A DNA stretch of 64,000 bases from Octopus vulgaris (taxonomy: Eukaryota): assembly GCA_951406725.2 (NCBI GenBank), contig OX597834.1:16678001-16742000 (forward strand). Reading direction: 5' to 3'. This document shows positions 39,730 to 53,328 of this stretch, piece by piece. The stretch's first letter is position 1. Every line of letters starts with the position of its first letter. The notes under the pieces are model-generated. The model was not told the origin of the DNA. It did no database searches and worked only from the letters and a program-made list of their open reading frames with translations. The position numbers and the translations under genes were made by a program.

Positions 39730-39776
<47 letters not shown>

Positions 39777-39874
39777 AAATACGTGTGTCTGTGTGTGTGT
39801 TGCTGGTACCACATATGTTGGTGTACACAGCATCAGCTGAATAAATTAATTATACACTAAAACATAAGTCTGCC

Positions 39875-39908
<34 letters not shown>

Positions 39909-40501
39909 CCACCACCAGTTTTAACATGCTCTTTTGCCCCGTTGCCATGGGTAAAACAGGCTACATAACAACAACCAATACTGATCCATCTGATCATTCC
40001 ATCAGCTGGGCCTATCTAACATACTAACATTTAATCTTAATGCATGTTCAAGCTTTCTGCCGCCTGTCTGTTGCTATCCCCCGTCTCTTGACAGCCAGCA
40101 CTCAACGTCCAGGCACATTACTCATCACCACACCACATGACCAGTATAATCAACTTTCTCTCATGGACTGACCACCGCATCCAAGGCTCAGCTACTACCT
40201 TCTTAAGATCGCATGTATACAATCAGATTGACATGTTCACGCAACACATCCAAATCCATTGGAAATCGATGGGGGCTGTGTGCGTGGGTGCACTGCAGTG
40301 CACATGATTGCAAGTAAGCGCATATTGATGTGTGAGTGCACCTCAGTGCACAAGAGTGGTAGGATGTGAAGGTATACGAGTATATATGAATGAATACAAG
40401 GCTGAGTGTATGTGAGTGATGGAGTGTATTTGTATTTAGATATTCGAAGTGTATGTAGATATATACACACACATATACATACATACATTATATATATATA
40501 C

Positions 40502-40532
<31 letters not shown>

Positions 40533-40691
40533 AATACATACACACACACATATATATAAATAACTACACATATACATATACACATATATATACACACACA
40601 TATACTTATATACACACATATATACATTTATATACACACACTCACTCTTTCTCTCTTTCATATAACAGAAGATTGACTGTAGGATATACGC

Positions 40692-40722
<31 letters not shown>

Positions 40723-40894
40723 TATATATACACACACACACATATGTACACACACACACATATATATATATATATACACACACATATACATACTTTTATA
40801 CACACATACATACACACATACTTACATACACACACACACATACACACACATGCATACTGTTATATACATACACTCACCGCCCCACACACACACA

Positions 40895-40928
<34 letters not shown>

Positions 40929-43900
40929 TATTGTCATATAGCAGATTATTGACTATAGAACAGAATGTAACACTCCATAGAACACCATATTTAATTATGC
41001 TCTTAAAACCTGTTATATTTGTCTATACATTGACAACGTAGATAGATGAAGGTGAGAAGAAAAAGTGACAAAATCATTTATCTTAATGTATACAGGCATA
41101 GCTGTGTGGTTGAGAAGCTTGCTTCCCAACCCCATGGTTTCGTGTTCAGTTCCACAAGACGGCACCTTAGGAAAGTGTCTTCTATAATCCTGGGCCAAAA
41201 GCCTTGAGATGGATTTGGTAGAGAGAAACTGAAAGAAGCCCATTGTTTGGACAGGGTCCCCATCAATGGCCAATATTACAGTCATGGTTCCAGCAAATAC
41301 TATAAAAAGCTTCATGTGGGTTTCAGCCTTATTCTGATGTCATCGAAGTATAACTTCCACTCTCACCTCTGCCATATTTGCCAAAGTAAAGTTGAATGAA
41401 TCACTACATAATTATAATTATACAAGACTGTACATTGGTTGGTGTAATGAAATGCAGTCGTTCAGAAATTAAATAAAAGACACCATCTGCATGAAAAAAT
41501 AATAGTTAAGTTAGTGTAAGCATATTACCCTTCAATATCTTAAGTACCATACACTGTTTTCAGACCCACACCAAACACAGCCTATGAATTATGAGCTAAT
41601 GAGTGAGCTTGTACATGGTTGCTTGACTTATCAGAAACAGCAGCCAAATTTCCCTTAAATAACATTCTTTCATTTAAAAAAAAAAAAGAAATGCTAGACA
41701 ATATATTCTTTTACTTGTTTCAGTCATTTGACTGTGGCCATGCTGGAACACCACCTTTAGTCTAACAAATCGACCCCCAGAGACTTATTCTAGTGGTCTC
41801 TTTTACCGATCCACTAAGTTACAAGTGATGTAAACACACCAACATCGGTTGTCAAGCAATGGTTGGGGGACAAACACAGACACACAAACATACATATATA
41901 TATATATAAATAAATAAATACACATATACACACAATGGACTTCTTTCAGTTTCCATCTACCAAATCCACTCACAAGGCATTGGTCGGCCTGAGGCTCTAG
42001 TAGAAGACACCTGCCCAGGGTGCCATGCAGTGGGACTGAACCCAGAACCATGTGGTTGGTAAGCAAACTACTTACCACATAGCCACTCCTGCACCTATAT
42101 AGCTTTCTTTTACTTTCAATCATTGGACTGTGGCCAGGCTGAAGCACTTCCTGGCAGGATTTAGTTGAAGCAACTGATCCCAGTCCTTAAGTCAGATACT
42201 TATTCTACCAGGTTTTTTCTTGAGATTTTTATGCTGCATTGAAATGTTATGGGAACATAAACAAACCAACACTAGTTGTCAAGTAGTGAGAGGCACAAAT
42301 ATAAACATCCATGTGCTGGTCCATGTAAAAAGCACCCATGTTGGTGCCATATAAAGTGGCACAATCTGTAAAGTGGTTGGTGTTAGGAAGGGCATCGAGT
42401 GATAGAAACTAAGTCAAGTCCGGTTAAAACCTGGTACAGCTCCCTAACTCTGATCAAACTGTCCAACTCATGTTAGCATAGAAAATGGACGTTAAATGAT
42501 AATGATACATGTATATATCATTTGTCATTACAGAAGTCAATTTTACTCATGTGTATGTATGAGGGCTTCTGTACAGTTTTCATCTACCAAATTCACTCAG
42601 AAGACATTAAGTTGGTCTGAATCGAAAGTGGGATACACCTGCTCAAGGCAATATGCTGTGGGACCATATCAGAAACCACATTTATAAAGTGACCTTACCC
42701 ATACAGCCATGCCAGTTCCGCCTAGATGAACCAAAAAGATAGGCTGGTCTTTGCTTAAAAAACTTTTGATCACAGGTCAAGGGTAAACTTGGGAATAAAT
42801 AACATCTATAAATTCAATCTTTTAAAAGATAGCAATACTATTTACAGATGAATTTCATTCTTAAATTACAGCTTTTATTTCATTTTATTTTATTTTATTT
42901 ATTTAAACTGAAATTTTGATGGTAAATTTTTTTTCTTTGTTCTGTGCCTTTTCCAGGTCAGTCTAAAATTAGAATGAGACAGTTACTCAAAGACACTATG
43001 CCAGCAGTAATCAAACTCCTGATGTTACAATTATAAGCCAAATACCCTCACCACAAAACCATGTGCCTTCACAATTGTCCTAGATATCCATGTGCTAGTA
43101 GACAACTGGGTACACATGCATGTGCACACAGAAATATATACATACAGATAGAAAGAGTAAGCAATAGAGAGAGAGAGACATTACAAGTTATTAATTGAAT
43201 ATGACTGACGTAGACACTTTCTCCTCTCCTCAGACACATATAAAGAAATGTGCTCACACACATAAACAGAGAGCAGGGGGGGGCATGAGGAAAGAATGAG
43301 AGAAACATTAAAAACAACTGATGTCAAATAAGTCAGCCTTGACTCATCAATGTCAAATAGATGATGCCAAAACAGCTGGGCCAAAAAAAGTCTCAAACCC
43401 ATCTAGAAAGCAATATTAACATAATGAGTTGAAACTTTATCCTTTTGATACCAACCCACCTGAGACCACCCCTAGTTCTGTGATAAAAAAAAATCCCTGT
43501 TTCAAAGTGATTTTAAATGAAAACCTCCCACCAAAATTTCAAACACCAGCTTAATAATAATAAACTTATTTTACTAAATTCCTCATCATTTTCAGAATTA
43601 ATTGAAACAAAAGACAGTGTATTTCAACAGAAAAATGGTAACAAAAGGCTGAACTAAGAGTTGTTAAATGGATCCTTCTCTGCCTTCTACAGAATGGTAA
43701 ATATTTGAACCAGACATTCTGGTTCCCTGCCTGCCATCATCATAATTTTTTTAACCTTTTTTATACCAATCTGACTTAGATTGCCCCTGGTTCTTCAATA
43801 CAAATTTCCTGTTTTAAAGTAAAACCTACGTTAAAACCCTCCATCAAAATTTATTGTTAATTTGTATTCCAAACACCAGCTTTTTAACGACAAATTTATT

Positions 43901-44623
43901 TTACTAGATTCTTTATTATTTTCGAAGTTAATTGAAGCAAAAGCAATATATTTCACTAGAAATATGGCAACAAAAGGGTCAAATAAAACACGAGGATGAG
44001 AGGTGGGTTGTAGTTGGTGCCAAGGTACACCTACTCTCATAAATTTTATATTTTTATTATTACTCTATCAGAGATAGTTAAAACAATAGATACATAAAAT
44101 AATGAGATCAGAGTTAGAGGTCTACTTAATGCGGTCATAAACAGAAAATGGTAAAATTGAATTAAAAACAAGATTACTATTATCTCATTCTAATTTCCTA
44201 GTCTAATATTTGTTTATTGCAGAGAATTTGCTCTTCTTCCAGTGAAATAAAATTAAAACCTATAAACTATACATCCATACATATGTAGGTGCAGGCATGG
44301 CTGTATGGCAAGAAGTTTGCTTCCCGACCACATGGTTTTGGGTTCAGTCCCACTTCACAGCATATTGAGTGTTTTCTATTATAGCCTTGGGCCAACTAAA
44401 GCCTTGTCAGTAGACTTGATAGATGGAAATTGAATGAAGCCCATCGTGTGTGTGTGTGTGTCCCAGTATTGTCACAGGCCAATAACTGAAAAAGTGAAAG
44501 ATAAGAGATTATGGAAAGGCATATAGCCTAGTGACTACAGTGTTCACAATTGTAATGTCATGGGTTCACTTCTTGGACTAAGGAGTGCATTGTGACCTTG
44601 AACAAGGCCCTTCACATCACAGA

Positions 44624-45026
44624 AGGCGGTGAACTGGCAGAAACATTAGCACGCCGGGCGAAATGCTTAGCGGCATTTCGTCTGCCGCTACGTTCTGAGT
44701 TCAAATTCCACCAAGGTCAACTTTGCATTTCATCCTGTCAGGGTCGATTAAATAAGTACCAGTTACGCACTGGGGTCAATGTAATTGACTTAATACTGTT
44801 TGTCCCCTCTGTGTTTAGCCCTTTGTGGATAGTAAAGAAATAGCTATTTCGTCTGCCGTTACATTCTGAGTTCAAATTCCGCCGAGGTTGACTTTGCCTT
44901 TCATCCTTTCGGGGTCGATTAAATAAGTACCAGTTACGCACTGGGGTCGATATAATCGACTTAATCCGTTTGTCTGTCCTTGTTTGTCCCCTCTGTGTGT
45001 AGCCCCTTGTGGGCAGTAAAGAAATA
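44624..45026 (+). mobile_element. SINE family B with a partial tandem duplication, inserted in a family D SINE
   Basis: TSD ccttcacatcaca lies at 44609-21 and 45030-42. Confidence 0.8.
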
Positions 45027-45266
45027 GGTCCTTCACATCACATTGTTCTTCTAGGAAAACGTCTTCCCAAAAATATCACAGGAGCTACTTCAGTTGATTT
45101 TTATGAAGTGGGCAGGGTTCCAAAGGGTCTGGTCTGAAATGAATACTATTCCTGAAATGAATACTAGCCAAGTCATAATACAGCCCCATCCCACTCCAGC
45201 TATCACATTTGGAACAGTCCGCTGGGTCAAGGGGATGGGAGAGCCATAAAGTTACACCACGTCTGC

Positions 45267-45299
<33 letters not shown>

Positions 45300-45302
<3 letters not shown>

Positions 45303-45675
45303 CGGAGTAAACACATAAATGTGAAACAAGGTGGAAAAAAGAGTACTCAAATACCAGAGGTAGAGTAATATGCTGTATTTAAAAGCAGCAGAAATTTAAC
45401 AAAAGCTGTTACTTGGAGTTTCACATTCCCATTCGTCAGACAGGTTTGTTAAAATAGAACCGAGATGACATTTCGATCAAAAACTAGCATAAACGATATA
45501 CCTTTAAAAATGGATTTGTTCGATTGGTCCTTTTTTAAAGGTGTATCGTTCATGCTAGTTTTTGATCGAATTGTCATCTCGGTTCTATTTTAACAAAACT
45601 GTCCGACAAACGGAACATGAAACTCCAAGTAACAGCTTTTGTTAAATTTCTGCTGCTTTTAAATAAAGCATATAT
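45300..45675. mobile_element. Penelope-like pseudo-LTR remnant forming a ~143-bp inverted repeat, flanked by (TA)n
   Basis: Arms 45368-45510 and 45532-45673 differ at about 11 positions. Each arm carries a hammerhead-like motif. Confidence 0.7.
45396..45453 (-). ncRNA. Minimal type-I hammerhead ribozyme candidate
   Basis: Reads ttaacaaacctgt CTGACGA atg-ggaa-tgt GAAAC tccaa GTA acagcttttgttaa: complete CUGAnGA/GAAA/NUH core, with stem I ctgt/acag extendable. Confidence 0.65.
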
Positions 45676-45797
45676 ATATATATATATAGTTAATCCCCCC
45701 AAAAAAAAACAGAGAAAAAACACAAGTAACAAAAAAACAATGTGAGGACGTGGTACTTGCATAGTATTAAAAGACACTCAGGGAAAGAAGGAAAAGG

Positions 45798-45834
45798 TGT
45801 TTTACTTTTCGAGCAAAGCTCTTCTTCAGAAACA
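45798..45834 (-). ncRNA. Minimal hammerhead ribozyme candidate (second family), mutated in stem III
   Basis: Reads tgttt CTGAAGA A GAGC ttt GCTC GAAA A G TA aaaca. Confidence 0.55.
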
Positions 45835-47084
45835 GGAGACAGAGGAAAGTTTCATAGAAAAGGAAGATGGAGGGGGAGAAAAAAAATTGTCAACAATTCA
45901 CATGTAGTTACATTTTGGAATGTATTCTTTTAGGAGTGTGTGTGTGTATATATACACACACACACAATAAACAAAAGCACAGTACATAGAGCAAACAGGT
46001 CATACTCATCGCAATTGACAGTTGTAGTTTAGTTTAGTTTTCCTAGTCAGAGAAGGTGGGGCAAGGCCTATAACCTTTGGAGATCATCCTAGACAGGTGA
46101 GTCTGAAGTATTTAATGCCCAACCTAAAAATTTCTGCAGAAAAGTTTGGGTGAAGAGAGGTAGGCCTGGTTCAAATATTTACAACAGAGTGAACTAAACT
46201 AAAAACCCAGTAATGGTGGTAGTGGTGTTGTGGTAATGATAAACCTGACACCGTATTGAGTGCATCAGTAAAATAATCTTGTATAAACAGTTTTAAATTT
46301 CTACAAACTCACTCAGTATTTTCAGATTCAAAATACACACTTCAACTTCATTTCAACCTTCACATAATAATAATCATTATCATCATCATCATTTAACATC
46401 CGCTTTCCATGCTAGCAAGGGTTGGACGATTTGACTGAGGTCTGGCGAACCAGACTCCAATCTGATCTGGCAGAGTTTCTACAGCTGGATGCCCTTCCTA
46501 ACGCCAACCACTCTGATAATAATAATATCAATAATAATAATAATAACAATAATAATAATAATAATAATCCTTTCTACTAAAAGCACAAGACCTGAAATTT
46601 TGCGGGGAAAGGATAAGTCGATTAAATCACCCCAAGTGTATAACTGGTACTTATTTCATCAAACCTGAAAGGAGGAAAGGCAAAGTCGATCTCAGCGGAA
46701 TTTGATAAGAATGGATGATGCTAAGGATTTTGCCCAGCATGTTAATAACTCTGCCAGCTAGCCACCAATCCTTTCGATATAGACACAAGGCCTGAAATAT
46801 CTAGTGGGGGAGACAGTCGATTATATCGACCCCCAGTGTTTCACAGGTACTAAATTTACTGACCCTGAAAGAACGAAAGGCAAAGTCGACCTCGGCAGAA
46901 TTTGAACTCAGAACATAAAACTGGACAAAATGCCACTAAGCATTTTGCTTGGCATGTTAACAATCCTGCCTGCGTGCCGAATAACAATAATCCCAATGCC
47001 ACCAGGCATTTCACCCAACATGCAATTCTGCCAGTTCACTGCCTACTAATAATAATAATAATAATAATTATTATTATTATTATT

Positions 47085-47740
47085 GAGTGAGAGAGCAGTG
47101 CATGCCATCAAAGTGACACTGGGGTAAAATATACAAAGCCCAGTATACCCACCAAGACTACCTGTCTGATAAGGGTACACCAGGCATATGCATCACAACC
47201 ATACTCTTTGTATGACCACCCTCCCTGTACATAACTTCCTGTTCCCCTACATGGCCTTGCTTTTGCTTTTTGAGCCAATAAAAATTGAATTGAACCATGC
47301 ATGCATGACATGACATGACAATTGCATATCAAGATAAATGGAGCATGACCTTGCAGGTGGAGCCTAATTAGAATTTTCTCCAGGTCGAGTAGCCCATCCC
47401 ACTCAAAAGGTTCCTGAATAAGGTTTGTTTAAGTATGTTGAGTGAAGCACCCATGTTTCCAGAGGTGAATTATTCAAACCCCAAAGAATCCCTCTCAACA
47501 CATGGCTATGATACTCCCCTACTATTTCTGCTCATGATGAGAGATGCACATATCGTCAGCCACTAAGGGACATGGTCAACTGGTTAAGGTCAAACAAGTG
47601 ATAAGCAAATCCGTGGTATTGAGCAGAATATTTGCTGTAGACCATCTTTTATACCTAGACAAAACAGTGTATATGATAACACTTCCAATCAGTTAAAATC
47701 AGAAGCCATGAGAGTCACTGCCTGGTACTGTATCAGGGCA
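47085..47740. mobile_element. Unclassified repeat embedded in (ATT)n, containing a CR1 3'UTR insertion (47203-47292)
   Basis: A partial reverse copy lies at 23525-23632. The insert matches 6996-7075 and is flanked by TSD aaccat (47197-202 and 47293-98). Confidence 0.7.
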
Positions 47741-47746
47741 TGATTA

Positions 47747-47811
<65 letters not shown>

Positions 47812-48407
47812 TCTAAACACCCAACAACACAAACCATTTAAAAAATATGTCTTCACATTCTGTTAATGTCTAAAACAGCTTGTTTATGAATTGCATGTCC
47901 ATGCACTTTCATACATGAATGTGTATGCACACTCACATGTACATGAGTACACATATGCATGCACATGTATGCAGATATGCTCATGTACACGATTGCACCT
48001 ACTTAAACATGTACTTTCACAAATACCCACATTCACACACCAGTTCTTGCAATGACATTTTAGGGCAGGAAATTCACAACTAACATTATCCCTAAAAAAA
48101 AAAAAAAAAAAGCCTCAAATACATTTAAAGGTTACTGAAGTCACACCACTAAATTCTTCAGAGTTTCTTGCTCACTTTTTGTTTTGTATTTTCTTTCAAA
48201 TAAGCTTTTTACAAAAAACGCAGATAATACAGATATATTTCTAGAATGAACCAAAATGATATTAGTCATGCAGATTTCAACACATTTTATGATGATCTCC
48301 TGTTTTTCTATGATAGAATATATTGTTGAGTTATCTAATTTGGGGAGGATTTTATGTGTGTGTGTGTGTGTGTGTGTAAGCATTATTGGCCACATATACT
48401 TAATGTG

Positions 48408-48712
48408 TGGAGGTTCACGGCCTAGTGGTTAGAGCACTGGACTCACGGTCAAGAGATCGCAGGTTCAAATCTCAGACCAGGCGATATGTGTGTTTATGAG
48501 CGAAACACCTAAGCTCCACGCAGCTCCGGCAGAAGGTACTGGCGAACTTCTGCTGACTCTTTCGCCACAAATTTCTCTCATTCTTTCCTCCTGCATCTTG
48601 CAGCTCACCTGCGACAGACCGGTGTCCTGTCCAGGTGGAGGACCTATATGCCAAGGAAACCAGGAAAATGGCCCTATGAGCCAGGTGTGGCTTGAGAAGG
48701 AACAAACAATAT
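48408..48712 (+). mobile_element. tRNA-derived SINE (additional family)
   Basis: A box cggcctagtgg and B box ggttcaaatc are followed by a non-tRNA body ending in aaggaacaaacaa. Confidence 0.7.
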
Positions 48713-50344
48713 GCTTAATGTACATGCTTAGCATATTTGCTGGTAGGCTGCAATTTGGCATAGTGGAGATCACTCTTCCAAAGCACCAGGTGTTAAAACA
48801 CGTCATGGACAGGTGAGATGTTTCACCCCAGATCCCTTGATATCAAATGATTGTTGTAAATGAATGCCAACATCATACAGTGGTCCCTCATGAATAATCT
48901 GTGAAAACGTGGCTAAATATTACTTTACTTGGGAACAAGAGAGCATTGGTGACAAAAAAGGCATGTGGTTGTGGAAAATCTTGTCTCAACAACCACTATC
49001 CAACCCTTTATGGAAATATGGCCTTTAAAACAATGATGATGATGATGATATATACACACACATTGTTTGACTCTAGGTAAACTTTGACTCAGTAGAACAA
49101 TGTGCAAAGGCATTTCAACAACATCCATTCATCCTGGACCAGTTGTTAAGTGCCCCACTTAATTATGATTTTATTCAACATACTCTCCTCTTACATTCAC
49201 CCACTTATTGCAGTGGTCTTTCAGTTTTTCTAAGCCCTGTAAAAGAACTTAGAAGGTTGGGCCTCCAACCAGGCTATTCACGATACCCTTAAAGCCAGGA
49301 ACTACATATAGCATAGCACTGATAAATCAAGCTAAAGGTTTTACTCTTACTCTTTTACTTGTTTCAGTCATTTGACTGTGGCCATGCAGGAGCACCACCT
49401 TTAGTCGAGCAAATCAACCCCAGGACTTATTCTTTGTAAGCATAGTATATATACGACAGGCTTCTTTCAGTTTCCGTCTACCAAATCCACTCACAAGGCT
49501 TTGGTTGGCCCGAGGCTATAGTAGAAGACACTTGCCTAAGGTGCCATGCAGTGGGACTGAACCCGGAACCATGTGGTTCGTAAGCAAGCTACTTACCACA
49601 GAGCCACTTGTTTTGTTTTTTTATAAATTTGTCTTTCAGTTATAAGATAAATATTTTCTTATGTATATATACATAATGTAATGTCCTCCTTTCCATGTGT
49701 GTGTGTGTAGAACTAATAAGCAAATACATATGTTTTTAATCCCTTTCATGCCAAGAGTTCTCTTTATAACATTTAAAATATTTAATCACCATCGAATAAT
49801 AATCATGCTCTAGCAATAAAGGTGGGTTGCAACTGATTACATAGAAACTAGGTCCAAATTTCATCTTTGCATGTTGTCACATCTGCTAACGGTGATTCAC
49901 ATGACAAACCTTATCGTATTGACTTGATAAAGATGGAAGTAAGCTGGAGTGCTATTTGCGGAAATATTTCAAACAATAACTGTATGAGTGACGTCAAAGA
50001 GCAACAACCATTAAAATGATTCAGTTGCTGAGAAAGAACTCAGTCGCTCCTTTATTCCTTCTGCTTTGTAATTCATATAATTAAACACATCTGCTTGAAT
50101 ATCTAAATGAATGAATGAACATGCACATTCTGAAGGACCTCAGATGTAGTCACAGGCTGTCAGCTGCTGTTGCAGCCATACATACACTCAGCCAGGGTCC
50201 TTCATATCCTGAACATTCTGTCATCAGTCTATATTTGTCTCTCTCAAGCTTGTTTTCCATCCATCTAAGCCAAAGATGTAGGCACAGAAATTCTGAGCCG
50301 TGATGTGGTTAAAATATAGCAAACTTAGCAAGTCTCTTAATATT

Positions 50345-50377
<33 letters not shown>

Positions 50378-50499
50378 TTGTTTCTTTATTGCCCACAAGT
50401 GGCTAAACACAGAAGGGACAAGCAAGGACAGACAAAGGGATTAAGTCGATTACATCAACCCCAGTGCGTAACTGGTACTTAATTATCGACCCCGAAAGG

Positions 50500-50537
<38 letters not shown>

Positions 50538-50761
50538 TTGTTTCTTTATTGCCCACAAGTGGCTAAACACAGAAGGGACAAACAAAGGGATTAAGTCGAT
50601 TACATCAACCCCAGTGCGTAACTGGTATTTAATTTATTGACCCCGAAAGGATGAAAGGAAAAGTCGACCTCGGCGGAATTTGAACTCACAACGTAATGGC
50701 AGACGAAATACGGCTATGCATTTCGTCCGATGTGCTAATGGTTCTGCCAGCTCGCCGCCTT

Positions 50762-50799
<38 letters not shown>

Positions 50800-52455
50800 T
50801 AATCTTTTCTACTATAGGAACAAGACCACTCAGTAATTTTAATTAAAAGAATTTTGAACAAGGGCCTAAGTAACAGATGTTGACCCCATGTGTAGAGGTG
50901 TATATGAATCAGTGGAGTGGGGGTAAATTCCTCTATTTGCCATTGTGTCCAATATAATTTATTTACTCCCTCAAATGATTTAGAAACCAGAGAAACAGCA
51001 AAGTATTCAAGGTCATTAAGGTCAATACAAACACGACAACAAACGACGTAACTGATTAAACTGTCTTTTGTGTATGTTGAAATGAAAACAATGACAGCTC
51101 ACTGGACAATTCCTGACCTTCAAGGTGTGCAAATTTACTAAATTTAACAACAATGCGCACTGACTCACAGAGATTTTGAGGAATTAACTTTCTACGATAG
51201 AAATATTTAGTAACGTTTTAAACAAAATCTCAACACAGACTTTTGTTGCTTGTTACATTTTTTTTTCTTTTTTTTTTCTTTTTTTTTTTCAATTACTGTA
51301 TCATTAGTTAATTCTAATAATATACATATATAGTCAAACAAAAAAAAAAGTGACAATAAACTAAACTGACCACAACACCTGTTAACAATGCTGCTATTAT
51401 AGATTATCTTAACTCTGAAGGATTTAAACCAGCCATATCCAGCCCAAATTTTCTACCTGTTTTATGTTCAAACTGGTCAGAACCAGCTTCTCATATCTAT
51501 TCTACAATGTCCTTCTAAAAATAAACAATCATATCATCAAAGCTTCAAAGCTGTGAGATATTACCTGATTAATTAAGAACAATCATCAACATGTAACGTT
51601 CATTTTCCATGCTGTCATGGGTTAGACGATTTGACTGAAAACTGGTAGGCTGGGGGTGGGGGACTGCACTAGGTTCCAATCTGGCATGGTTTCTACAACT
51701 AGATGCCCTTCCTAACACTGACCACTCCAAGAGTGTAGTTGGTGCTTTTCACGTGCCACAGGCCATGGGTGCCAGTTATTAAACGCCAGCATCAGCCATG
51801 ACTGCAATCTCGCTTGGCTTCACAGGTCTTCTCAAGCATGGAGTATTGCCAAAGGTCTCGGTCACTTGTCGCTACCTCCGTGAGACATCAAGCATTACAT
51901 TTGACAGGGTAATCTGAATGCTAAAGGGTTAAAAGAGAGGAATTTGAAGAATTTCGCAAAAAGACCATTGTGTATCTGTCTCGTGGTGATTCTCCTCGGT
52001 AATCTGGCTATTATTGGTGGTCAGTTAAAATACACATCCAAGAAATGCTGCTAAAAAAGACTCAGATAAAAAGCAAAGGCCTGGAAGAAATTTAACTCTT
52101 TAGCATTTAAACTAACCATATCTGGCCAAAATATTTCCTGTTTTATGTTCAAACTGGCCAAATCCAACATCTCACATCTACCCTACAATGTCAATCTAAA
52201 AGTATACAATTACATCGTCAAAATCTCAAAGCTACAAGATAATGATTAATTCAAAACAATGTGAATAGATTATCATCACATCTGACAGAGAAATCTGAAT
52301 GCTAGAGGGTTAAACCAGTTACATCCAGCTTGGTTTTATCGTTCAAATCAGCTAGATCCAGCCTCTCACACCAACTCTACAATATCATTTTTTTTTAATA
52401 TAAATAAACAATCACATCATCAAAATCTTGAAGCTACGAGATAATGGATGCTTAA

Positions 52456-52675
52456 CCCTTTCGTTACCAACCCGGCTGAAACTGTCTCTGGCTCTGAGTA
52501 CAAATGTCTTGTTTTCATGAGTTTTGAATTAAAATCTCCCACCAAACCTTAGTCACAGTTTATGTTCCTAACACTAGCTTAATGATAACTAAGTTATTTT
52601 ACTAAATTCTTTGTTAAATTTGAAGTAATTGAAAGAAACACAGAGCATTTCAAATGAAATACAGTAACAAAAGGG
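52456..52675. mobile_element. TTAA-flanked MITE nested in another TTAA MITE
   Basis: Ends are ttaa|ccctttcgttac and gtaacaaaaggg|ttaa. Same family as 9373-9593 and 56635-56855. Confidence 0.85.
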
Positions 52676-53328
52676 TTAATTCAAAACAATGCGACTGAAT
52701 CTACATTAGAGTTGACAGATTAATTTGAAAGCTAAACAGTTAAAAAATACAGCAATGTGCTGCACAATCAGTGGTTCCCAAACATTTTTGTGCTGCCACC
52801 CACTTGGCACCCAGACCACATTCCTAGCACCCCCCTCTAAAAAAAACCACCCCCACACACACTAAACCACTATAAACATAGACCACTTTCTGCACCAAAT
52901 TCAAAACAAAACAACCTAATTAACCCATAATTTTGTTTTTACATCCATCACCCGCTTTTGGCCACCCCTTTATCGCCTCATTTTTCTTCAACACCCCAAC
53001 ACCACCAGATCATTCCACCGTCCCCAGTGGGGCAGTACCACCTGCTTTGAGAACCGATGATTTAATTTCAAGACCCTTGTGTTGTCAGCGATAGAACAAT
53101 TGAAAAGGAGTTGGGAGAAACAAAAAGTCTAACCACAATAAATTCATTCACCAAAGAATGTAGAAAACAGAAGTTATTGAACAAAGTAATTAACCCTTTT
53201 GTTACCATATTTCTGTTGAAATATGGTATCTTTGTTTCATTTAATTTTTAAAATAATGAAGAATCTAGTAAAATGGTTTTATTGTTAATCTGGTGTTTGG
53301 AATAGAAATTAATATGAAATTTTGATGG

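Noticed and set aside
40288-40303. 16-bp perfect palindrome gtgcactgcagtgcac with an imperfect second copy near 40336
   Set aside because: It is short, lies in TG/CA-rich decayed repeat context and has no supporting structure.
48408-48490. tRNA-like sequence with A and B boxes
   Set aside because: It has no proper acceptor stem and continues into a SINE body, so it is a SINE head rather than a tRNA gene.
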